In this document: positions 30,125-38,191 of the stretch, piece by piece
Layout: each line of letters opens with the position of its first letter
How positions within the stretch are numbered: position 1 is the stretch's first letter
Program-made: the position numbers and the translations under genes
The notes under the pieces: generated by a model
The model's input: only the letters and a program-made list of their open reading frames with translations
Told to the model about the DNA's origin: nothing
Database searches by the model: none
NCBI GenBank assembly: GCA_965224795.1
Contig: CBDDAE010000002.1
Span: 327,873 to 391,872, forward strand
Direction: 5' to 3'
DNA: 64,000 nt
Source: Paracoccaceae bacterium
Lineage (GTDB): Bacteria; Pseudomonadota; Alphaproteobacteria; Rhodobacterales; Rhodobacteraceae

Positions 30125-31075
30125 TTACTGGCCGATCCAGCCGCTCCAGCGGGCTTCATTGGTATCCATCCAGGCATTGACCACATCGTCAATGGATTTT
30201 CCGTCCAGATCAACCTCTCCGACCATGGCGCTCATTTCTTCATTGGTCAGGGTATAGGCCTGTACGGCAGCGTGTGCCCCGGGCCATTTGTCTTTCATGC
30301 CAGACCAGGCGGCTTTCCAGATCGGTCCACGTGGTTTGCCGCAGTCATAAGCCGCATCCGGATTCACACCGGTTGCCGCATCGGCGTAGCATTCGGCGGA
30401 ATAGGGCGGGAATTCAACGAATTCCCCGTCATATTTTGCCGGCGCCCAATGGGGCACATAGACCCATAGAATAACCGGGGCCTCACGCTGGTAAGCGCTT
30501 TCCAATTCAGCAAACAACGCCGCATCGGTTCCCGCATGCACCACTTCAAAGTCAAGGTTCAGCGCTTTCACCCGTTCATCATCAAAGCCGCCCCAGGTGA
30601 CTGGGCCACCCACGTAGCGCCCCTTTGGCGTCGTTTCTGCGGTGGCAAATTCGGCAGAACAGGCCTGCAAAGCTTTCCAGTCCGGCAGACCGGGGCAGCG
30701 TTCTTTCATATAAAGCGGATACCACCATTCTTCGATCGCCTGAAGGCCGGTTTCACCGACGTTTTCGACGTTGCCAGTGGCGGTGGCTTCATCCAGCGCT
30801 TCCTGTCCTGTGGTGGCCCAAATTTCCATGGCCAATGTCAGATCGCCGGTTTTAAGTCCCGCAAACTGGGCAATGTAATCGGCCTGCACGTATTCAACAT
30901 TATACCCGGCCTCTTCCAGAATAGAGCCCATGATCTGGGTGTTGATCAGTTGGCCGGACCAGTCATGCAATGTCAGTTTGATCGGGTCAGAAGATTCCAC
31001 CTGCGCGAGTGCGGCTGTGGATATCAACGCCCCGGCGGCGACACCCAACAGGGTGTTCGTTAATAAATGCCTCAT
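30125..31075 (-). CDS. Betaine/choline-type ABC transporter substrate-binding protein
   Basis: 316-aa ORF. Signal peptide MRHLLTNTLLGVAAGALISTAALA. Trp-rich ligand-box-type sequence (EEWWYP, WGGF). First gene of the minus-strand operon. Confidence 0.8.
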   Translation of the reverse strand: MRHLLTNTLLGVAAGALISTAALAQVESSDPIKLTLHDWSGQLINTQIMGSILEEAGYNVEYVQADYIAQFAGLKTGDLTLAMEIWATTGQEALDEATATGNVENVGETGLQAIEEWWYPLYMKERCPGLPDWKALQACSAEFATAETTPKGRYVGGPVTWGGFDDERVKALNLDFEVVHAGTDAALFAELESAYQREAPVILWVYVPHWAPAKYDGEFVEFPPYSAECYADAATGVNPDAAYDCGKPRGPIWKAAWSGMKDKWPGAHAAVQAYTLTNEEMSAMVGEVDLDGKSIDDVVNAWMDTNEARWSGWIGQ

Positions 31076-31197
31076 TGGGCACCTCCCAGGTTTTGTGGCG
31101 GGACATCCCCGCGAATGGACAAAGACTGGTGGGTAAAACCGCTTTCGTCAACATATCTTGCTAATTTTTGTGGTTTTATTTGGGTTTTTGTTGGCTT

Positions 31198-31216
31198 TTA
31201 AGGGTTTTCCCCTTAA
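31198..31216. promoter_or_regulatory. Candidate operator: 7-5-7 perfect palindrome TTAAGGG-TTTTC-CCCTTAA
   Basis: Read directly from the sequence. It sits 37 nt upstream of the DeoR-family gene start, inside the 177-bp divergent intergenic region. Confidence 0.3.
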
Positions 31217-31252
31217 TCTGGACTGAAGAGACAATACTAGGATACCTGCCTA

Positions 31253-32056
31253 ATGCTTACCACCGCGCCACCCTCAAACCACCGCGAACAGGAAATTCTT
31301 AAGGAACTTCGGCTTGCTGGCGGTTCTTGTCGCATTGGATTTTTGGCCGGGCAACTGGGGGTGACGGATGAAACTATCCGACGCAACATCAAAGCATTAC
31401 AGGAAAAATCTCAGGTCAGAAAAGTCCATGGCGGGGTGATCCTGGCTGAGGGGCTGACAGTAACCGAACAGCCGTTTCAGGCACGTATGGACAAGAATGC
31501 CACCGCCAAGCGGCAACTGGCAGCAAAACTGGCCGGGATGATAAAGGACGGCGATTCTCTGTTTTTGGATATTGGATCAACAACTGCCTACGCCGCTCAG
31601 GCCCTGCGCGATCACCGCGACCTGTATATTGTCACAAATTCCTTAAGTGTGGCCAATACCCTGGCAACGCGAAACAACAACCGGGTGTTTTTTGCCGGGG
31701 GTGAACTGCGCCCGCATGATGGGGGATCATTTGGTCATGATGCGCTGGAATTCCTGCGCCGCTTTAATGTGCAATATGCAGTTTTAAGCGCCGGAGCGAT
31801 TAATGCAAAAGCCGGTTTCATGTTGCACGACATCCAGGAAGCAGACCTTTCGCGCCAAGCCGTAAGCTGCGCCCAAACCCGCATTGTTCTGGCCGACAGT
31901 GCCAAGTTTGGCCGCCGCGCGCCCATTGCCGTTACCGACCCCGAAAACTTTGACATCCTGATAACCGAGGTTCAGCCCGACCCTTTAGTGCTCGACATGT
32001 TGAACCGCCACGATATATCGCTGGTTCTGGCCAATTCGTCCAAGAAAGAAACCTGA
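31253..32056 (+). CDS. DeoR family transcriptional regulator
   Basis: 267-aa ORF. N-terminal HTH QEILKELRLAGGSCRIGFLAGQLGVTDETIRRNIKAL. DeoR-C-type sensor domain. Confidence 0.88.
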   Translation: MLTTAPPSNHREQEILKELRLAGGSCRIGFLAGQLGVTDETIRRNIKALQEKSQVRKVHGGVILAEGLTVTEQPFQARMDKNATAKRQLAAKLAGMIKDGDSLFLDIGSTTAYAAQALRDHRDLYIVTNSLSVANTLATRNNNRVFFAGGELRPHDGGSFGHDALEFLRRFNVQYAVLSAGAINAKAGFMLHDIQEADLSRQAVSCAQTRIVLADSAKFGRRAPIAVTDPENFDILITEVQPDPLVLDMLNRHDISLVLANSSKKET

Positions 32057-32061
32057 ACCCA

Positions 32062-32826
32062 ATGCAAATGTATCTGGATACAATACTGGCGATTTCAAAG
32101 CGCGCCGAAGAAATACCAAAACGTTACTTTCGCACCAAACTGGATGTGGATCATAAATCAGATGCCAGCCCGGTTACGGTAGCGGATCAGGCCACCGAAA
32201 AATTCATCCGCGACGCAATTGGCATACATTTCCCCGACCACGGTATTTTTGGTGAAGAATTTGGTGAAACCAGCAGCGACAGCCCCTACCAGTGGATCAT
32301 TGACCCGATTGACGGCACCCGGTCATTTATTTCGGGCATGCCGCTGTATGGGATGTTGATTGCCCTGCTTGAGAACGGTGTCCCGGTACTGGGCGTGGTG
32401 CGGATGCCGGGGTTGGATGAGGTCTATACCGGAAGTGCTGATGGGGCCTTATTGAACAGCGAAACCAGCCTGAACACTTCAAACAAAACCTCGCTGGACA
32501 GCGCCTTTTTGTATATAAATGAAGCCGATAAAATTTTGACTGAAGCACCGGATGTCTTTCAAAAACTGAACACCGCCGGGCAGGACAGGCGCTATGGCTA
32601 TGATTGCTACCCGCATATGCTGGTTGCCGCGGGCCATATTGACGCCTGTGTTGATTACGATCTGAAACCCTATGATTACATGCCGCTAACGGCCATTGTG
32701 CAGGCAGCGGGCGGTGTGATCAGTGACTGGCAGGGCCAGCCGCTGAACATGGCATCTGACGGCCGGGTGATTAGTGCGGCAACACCGGCACTACACTTGG
32801 AACTATTGGCACTTCTTCACGATTAA
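32062..32826 (+). CDS. Inositol monophosphatase family protein (HisN-like phosphatase)
   Basis: 254-aa ORF. Motifs SPVTVADQATE and WIIDPIDGTRSF. The second metal motif is divergent (KPYDYMP where WD is usual). Confidence 0.82.
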   Translation: MQMYLDTILAISKRAEEIPKRYFRTKLDVDHKSDASPVTVADQATEKFIRDAIGIHFPDHGIFGEEFGETSSDSPYQWIIDPIDGTRSFISGMPLYGMLIALLENGVPVLGVVRMPGLDEVYTGSADGALLNSETSLNTSNKTSLDSAFLYINEADKILTEAPDVFQKLNTAGQDRRYGYDCYPHMLVAAGHIDACVDYDLKPYDYMPLTAIVQAAGGVISDWQGQPLNMASDGRVISAATPALHLELLALLHD

Positions 32827-32835
32827 GGACCCGAA

Positions 32836-33762
32836 ATGACTGACAACAAAGCCGCCATTCATACCGCTTTGCAAAACCTGCCCCGTTTTGTTGGAACAAC
32901 CTCCAGTGATTATTCGGCCACCCGTTTGGGTGGATTAACCAACCTAGTTTATCGCATTGAAACCGCTGAAGAAAAACTGATCGTACGTATTCCGGGTGCT
33001 GGCACAGACGACTACATTGATCGCCAGGTCGAGCTGCATAATGCAAAGGCTGCAGCAAAGGCCGGAGTTTCGGCGCAAATCCTGTGGGCGGATGGTGATA
33101 GCGGCGTGATGATCAGCCAGTGCATTGAGCCATCAACCACCATGACCCCTGCCCTGTTTGCCAGCCGCGCGGGATCGGCAGCTCGGGCTGGGAAGGCAAT
33201 GGCCAAGCTGCATAATTCCGGCGAAAAGTTTCAGTTTCATTTTGAATTGTTCAAGATGATTGACGATTATTTGGCCATCCTTGACAAGAAACAGGCCAAA
33301 CTGCCGGATGGGTACAGCGATATCGTTGCCGCAGCTGCACCCATCAAACAGGCGCTGGCCGATCATCCAACACCGCTCGCGCCCTGTCATTGCGATCCGC
33401 TTTGCGAAAATTTTCTGGATGACGGTCAGGTCATGTGGATCATTGATTGGGAATATTCCGGCATGAATGATCCGCTTTGGGATCTGGGCGATCTGTCGGT
33501 TGAGGCCGGGTTTGATGCAGCGCAGGACCGGGAAATGCTACAGGCCTATTTCGTCTCCGACCCGACGGCGGCGCAGGTCGGGCGAATGGTAATCTACAAA
33601 GCCATGTGTGATTTGCTTTGGACACTGTGGGGGCTTATCCAACACGTCGACGAAAACCCGGCCGAAGATTTCTGGGCCTATGCGTTGGGACGATTTGAAC
33701 GCTGTAAAACTCTGATGCAAAGCCCTGAATTTGCAACGCATTTAGCATCGATCAAAGAATAA
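32836..33762 (+). CDS. Choline/ethanolamine-kinase-family phosphotransferase (LicA-like), paralog 2
   Basis: 308-aa ORF. Motifs PCHCDPLCENFLDDGQVMWIIDWEYSGMNDPLWDLGDL. Confidence 0.82.
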   Translation: MTDNKAAIHTALQNLPRFVGTTSSDYSATRLGGLTNLVYRIETAEEKLIVRIPGAGTDDYIDRQVELHNAKAAAKAGVSAQILWADGDSGVMISQCIEPSTTMTPALFASRAGSAARAGKAMAKLHNSGEKFQFHFELFKMIDDYLAILDKKQAKLPDGYSDIVAAAAPIKQALADHPTPLAPCHCDPLCENFLDDGQVMWIIDWEYSGMNDPLWDLGDLSVEAGFDAAQDREMLQAYFVSDPTAAQVGRMVIYKAMCDLLWTLWGLIQHVDENPAEDFWAYALGRFERCKTLMQSPEFATHLASIKE

Positions 33763-34966
33763 TCCCCGGGTTTTGTCCCAACTCTAGTCCCGGAAATATC
33801 GCGCCTTCCAGCGCGCTACGATCCAGCCCGAACATGTCCGCCATGGCCCAACCCGCCACTGAACGTACATCACCAGTTGGCATCAGGTCGCGCCGGTCGT
33901 ACAGATCAGCCTCGGCCAATCCGGGCCAGCGACCGTAAACTTTGCCACCTGCCACTGCACCGCCTGCCAAAACCATCAAACCACCGGTGCCGTGGTCGGT
34001 ACCAGCGGTGCCATTTTCGCGCGCGGTGCGACCAAATTCAGTCATCGCGATCACTGTAGTTTGCGCCCAATTATCGCCAAGCCCTTGTTTTAGTGTCAAT
34101 ATTGACTGCGCCAGTCGTGGCAAAGCACGGTTCAACGCACCCCCCTGATTTCTGTGGGTGTCCCAACCGTTGATGGAAAAGCACGCAATCCTTGTGTCAT
34201 GGTTCAGCCGATCCGCCGCAAAGGCCGCAAGGGCATTATCAGAACGCCCGCCGTCCTGACGCATCATCGCCTGCATTTCGTCACTGGCCGCGGCATCCGT
34301 TGCCGCGTCATTCACCATCAGATCTGCCAGTTCCATTGCCTCAAGTGCTGCACCGCGAAACAGCGGGTCATCGTGATAGGCTTCGGTCAGCAGCATTCGC
34401 GCCCGCTCGGACAGGTTTAGCTTGGTATTGGGGGCCCAATTGGACACCGGGGCGTCACCCGAAAGAATCTTCAGATTTTCCTGACCAATGGCAAAGGCGG
34501 TTTCACCGGTCGCTCCCGGCATGACCTGTAGCAGGCGGTTTAACCAACCATCGCGGGAAATTGCAAATCCCGCATCCGGGGTGGTGCCTGCTTCCAGTAA
34601 ATCTTGTCCGTCAAAATGGCTGCGTTTGTCACGATACGGCGTTGAAACCGCATGTACAAAGGCAAGTTCGCGACTTTGCCAAAGCGGCATTAGATCAGCC
34701 AGGCCATTGTTCAGGGCAAAATACCCATCTAAATCCTGTGCCTCACTTTGCAAATTTGGACGCGCGATTGCATAGTTTGGGTCCCCAACCGGCTGCACCA
34801 CATCCAGGCCGTCCATACCCCCACGCAGGATCAAAACAACAAGTCGGGCATCGCCTGGAACGGATGCAAATGTCACGGTAGTTAACAACGGGTGGGCGGC
34901 TGCGGAACAGCCCAAAACGCTAAGGCTTTTTAACAATCCACGTCGGGTAAGACTGGGTTTTGACAT
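33752..34966 (-). CDS. DUF1501 domain protein (sulfatase/alkaline-phosphatase-like fold), Tat signal
   Basis: 404-aa ORF. N-terminus MSKPSLTRRGLLKSLSVLGCSAAA (twin-arginine). Paired with DUF1800 upstream. Confidence 0.78.
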   Translation of the reverse strand: MSKPSLTRRGLLKSLSVLGCSAAAHPLLTTVTFASVPGDARLVVLILRGGMDGLDVVQPVGDPNYAIARPNLQSEAQDLDGYFALNNGLADLMPLWQSRELAFVHAVSTPYRDKRSHFDGQDLLEAGTTPDAGFAISRDGWLNRLLQVMPGATGETAFAIGQENLKILSGDAPVSNWAPNTKLNLSERARMLLTEAYHDDPLFRGAALEAMELADLMVNDAATDAAASDEMQAMMRQDGGRSDNALAAFAADRLNHDTRIACFSINGWDTHRNQGGALNRALPRLAQSILTLKQGLGDNWAQTTVIAMTEFGRTARENGTAGTDHGTGGLMVLAGGAVAGGKVYGRWPGLAEADLYDRRDLMPTGDVRSVAGWAMADMFGLDRSALEGAIFPGLELGQNPGIIL

Positions 34967-34974
34967 ACCTGTTC

Positions 34975-36333
34975 CTATCTGCGGTTAAATTCTGCTGACG
35001 CCAGCACCAAAGTGATGCCTTCACGTGTGTCTTCGGTCTGCGAAACCGCCCAGATCAACCGTTCCCCGGCAGCGTCTGCCAAAGTTGCGCGTAAAAAGTC
35101 GCCCGGGTCGGTTACCCGGTCGCGAAAGAATTTAGATACCCTGACCGACAGCGTTATCCGGTTGGCCAGACCTTGCGGGGTGATCCATTCATTGGCAGCT
35201 TCGGGCCAGCCATCCGGACCGGGGGCACGCATGAATGGCTGGCCCATAGCGCTAAGCGAATTATTAACCGATTTTTGCAACTTTTTGTTCTTTTGGTTCA
35301 GAAATTCCTGGCCAGTCAGCCCCATTGCCATCAAAATTGACAAGATAAAATCAAACGGTTGTTTTGCTTTTTGGCCTAGGGATTGCCAGGCGGCGGGATG
35401 TTCCAGCATGGCTTGATACATCGCACTCAGGTGGCCATCTGAACCCAAATAGGCCTTTGTCATATGCTTGATCAGGTCAGGATCGGGTTGGTCCGAAACG
35501 AAATGTACAGCCAGTTTTCGCGCTAAATGGTGTGCCGTTTCCGGGTGCGCGGCCAGATTTTCCAATGCAGAGAATATATCCTCCAGATTGGGGTGTTCGC
35601 CGCCATATTGAACACCAAGAATAGTTTTTGTTCCCGGCTCTGAAATTCCTGGGTTAAACAGGAAACCCTGTTTTTTCGAAAGCCCCAGACCGGTCAGCAG
35701 CTCGGCCAGCTGGCGCACATCATGCTGGCCATAACCGGCACCAACACCAAGAGTATGAAGTTCCAACAATTCGCGTGCCAGGTTTTCGTTCAAGCCTTTG
35801 TTGCGACGCTTACCAATGGCAGAATTTGGCCCGAATGAGCTAACCTGATCCAAATATGTCAGCATGAATGGATGTGTAATTACCGCCTTCAGCATATCAG
35901 CAAATCGGCCGGCCACATGGGGGCGAAGGGCCTCATCCAAATAGGCCGGCGCAAGTGCGCGGGTGGCAAGGTTTTTACCGACAGCCGTGAAATGGTCGGC
36001 CCAAAACCAGTTCAATCGCTCAAAAAATGCGTTATCGGTATCCAATACTCGCGCTGTGGCCTGTAAAAGCCCCAATGCAGCAGTATTTTTCAAGGCTTTG
36101 CGGGTTGCGTCGTACCTTTCGCGATCCGCTGGTTTTTGATTGGCGGCTTTTTTTGCGCGGCGCATTGCTAAAACTTGCTGCAAAACAACTTTAGTGGAAT
36201 TTACCGGAAATTTTTTGGCTATACTGTCCGCACCGGCAAAGCCGCCTAACAGTTCGGTTTTATTTAACGGTTTTGATTTTGGTCCCAGGCCATAGCCAAA
36301 CCGGATAGCTGCAATTGTAGAAACTTGCGTCAC
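34975..36333 (-). CDS. DUF1800 domain protein
   Basis: 452-aa ORF. Contains LLELHTLGV, characteristic of DUF1800 as I recall it. The DUF1800-DUF1501 gene order is conserved. Confidence 0.7.
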   Translation of the reverse strand: MTQVSTIAAIRFGYGLGPKSKPLNKTELLGGFAGADSIAKKFPVNSTKVVLQQVLAMRRAKKAANQKPADRERYDATRKALKNTAALGLLQATARVLDTDNAFFERLNWFWADHFTAVGKNLATRALAPAYLDEALRPHVAGRFADMLKAVITHPFMLTYLDQVSSFGPNSAIGKRRNKGLNENLARELLELHTLGVGAGYGQHDVRQLAELLTGLGLSKKQGFLFNPGISEPGTKTILGVQYGGEHPNLEDIFSALENLAAHPETAHHLARKLAVHFVSDQPDPDLIKHMTKAYLGSDGHLSAMYQAMLEHPAAWQSLGQKAKQPFDFILSILMAMGLTGQEFLNQKNKKLQKSVNNSLSAMGQPFMRAPGPDGWPEAANEWITPQGLANRITLSVRVSKFFRDRVTDPGDFLRATLADAAGERLIWAVSQTEDTREGITLVLASAEFNRR

Positions 36334-36459
36334 CTGGTGCTCCGTTTTCTATTTGGCACTATGATAGCGCCATAATTGATACGGGGAACCAATGGATTTC
36401 CGTCGCTGGTCGAATTCGGCGGAATTTCTCTGAAACCGGCCCATGGTTTAGCGCAGTAA

Positions 36460-37512
36460 TTATTGCGACGCGGGGACATTTTCAGTTTGCGCAAGTCGCA
36501 ATTTCGCCGCCTCTGCCAGTAATTCTTGCGTCACCAGGGTAGAGCAAGCCCTGCCCTTATGTTTAGAGGCATAAAGCGCGACGTCTGCATCTGATAACAT
36601 TTGGTCCAGATCGGGCACGTCGTAAAACGTCGACGTGGTATAGCCTATACTGCCGGAAATTCGACAAATCTTGCCCTCAAAATTCACCGGAACCTCAAGC
36701 TGGCGAACAATTCGACTGGCGATCTTCATTAGGCGATTTTTATCAACCAGGTCTTCAAAAATAAGCACAAATTCATCGCCACCAACACGCGCGACTGTAT
36801 CGCAATCGCGGGTTTCATGGGTCAGTATTTTCGCCGCCACCTGTAATACGTGGTCGCCCGCAGCGTGGCCAAGGGTGTCGTTGACGGCTTTAAAATAGTC
36901 CAGATCAACATGCATCAACCCAAATGGAACACCGGTCACCACCAAATCCTGCAAAATCTGATCCATGGCGCGGCGGTTTTTTAGCTTGGTAAGTGGGTCG
37001 GTAAGCGCCTGCTGTTCCGCCGCCAATCTTGCCCCATGTAAACGCTGGTTCAGACGACGCGATTCTTCCATCACGGCGGTTTTGGCTTCGATCAGGTACA
37101 GCATTTCGATGGCCAGTTCGGTTTGGGAGAAATCCCCATTGCTTAACCCGAATTGACGAACCGCTTCGGTTAACTGAAAGCCAAAGGACAGGTTCACGAT
37201 CAGACAATCACCGCCATTTGCAGCAACCAGAACGCCCTTCATCAGGGTGGACAGTCCATGGCGAAATTCCAGACGCAGTTTAGAGCCAGCAATGCCCTGC
37301 AGATCGCTAAAGTTCGATATTTTTTTACGAGGGCGACGGATGGCAAACACTTCCAAGAACCGACGCCCGACAAATTTGTAATCCGGACGCAGCTTGGAAA
37401 TCGTCGGTCCGACATGGCCTATATGGCCAGTTGGCAGGATCGAAACAGCCATCGGCATCAGTTTATCAAATATTTTGGGCTCAAACTGAAAGTCTGGCGG
37501 TTGTGTTGACAT
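36460..37512 (-). CDS. Diguanylate cyclase (GGDEF) with an uncharacterised ~170-aa N-terminal domain
   Basis: Active site RVGGDEFVLIF with I-site RDCD five residues upstream. The ATG at 37512 lies 1 nt after the H-NOX-like stop (TAAGATG). Confidence 0.88.
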   Translation of the reverse strand: MSTQPPDFQFEPKIFDKLMPMAVSILPTGHIGHVGPTISKLRPDYKFVGRRFLEVFAIRRPRKKISNFSDLQGIAGSKLRLEFRHGLSTLMKGVLVAANGGDCLIVNLSFGFQLTEAVRQFGLSNGDFSQTELAIEMLYLIEAKTAVMEESRRLNQRLHGARLAAEQQALTDPLTKLKNRRAMDQILQDLVVTGVPFGLMHVDLDYFKAVNDTLGHAAGDHVLQVAAKILTHETRDCDTVARVGGDEFVLIFEDLVDKNRLMKIASRIVRQLEVPVNFEGKICRISGSIGYTTSTFYDVPDLDQMLSDADVALYASKHKGRACSTLVTQELLAEAAKLRLAQTENVPASQ

Positions 37513-37513
37513 C

Positions 37514-38101
37514 TTACCCGGCATTGGCTGACAGGTTAAAATTGCGACCGTCGGCAAAACTGGCCGACAGCATTTGAATGGAAATGGTGTCTATTCTCTG
37601 GTTGCGGCCCATATGTTCAATCAACGCCAACATGCCGTAGTCGTCGGCCATAGCTTGTAATATCCCCACCATCACATGGCCAAATCCAGTGTGATCAGAG
37701 CTACAGCGCATGGTGACATTGCCCGGTGTGGTCAGACGCAGATCAATTGTTGGTATTTCCAGATTTGGCAACGCCAGGTGCACCCGGTCCGCCAGATCAT
37801 CCATCGAACACAGGAAATCGGAAAATGTTTCGCCCCCAAATCGCAAAAGTCTGCGCACGGCCTCTAGGTTTGGGTGCGAACACAGGAATATCCCCAAATC
37901 CACAAGGAATGTATCTTGTGGTTTTTCCAAATGCTTGCTGGCCGCCGCAATCACATCAAAGGTGATGTGATCCTCATAGGTCATCAGGGCTTCAAACCCG
38001 GCGCTGTCAATGCGCGCATCTCGGGCAATCTGATCCCAATCCGACTGGCCATATGTTTCGCAAACAAAACGTTGTATCGACCAATTTATTAAACCGTGCA
38101 T
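37514..38101 (-). CDS. H-NOX (HNOB)-like sensor domain protein, non-canonical pocket residues
   Basis: 195-aa ORF. N-terminus MHGLINWSIQRFVCETYGQSDWDQI and FLCSMDDLADRVHLALPNLEIP align without gaps to the HNOB consensus as I recall it. The proximal-His position is Ala. YxSxR is replaced by C-S-S-D-H. Confidence 0.72.
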   Translation of the reverse strand: MHGLINWSIQRFVCETYGQSDWDQIARDARIDSAGFEALMTYEDHITFDVIAAASKHLEKPQDTFLVDLGIFLCSHPNLEAVRRLLRFGGETFSDFLCSMDDLADRVHLALPNLEIPTIDLRLTTPGNVTMRCSSDHTGFGHVMVGILQAMADDYGMLALIEHMGRNQRIDTISIQMLSASFADGRNFNLSANAG

Positions 38102-38191
38102 GGGCTGTCCCTGTTAAGCGCAGGCAACGCTAACCCGGCAACCTTAATCAAGCCCAAACAAAATCCAGAAATTAAGCGACAATTGGCCCTA

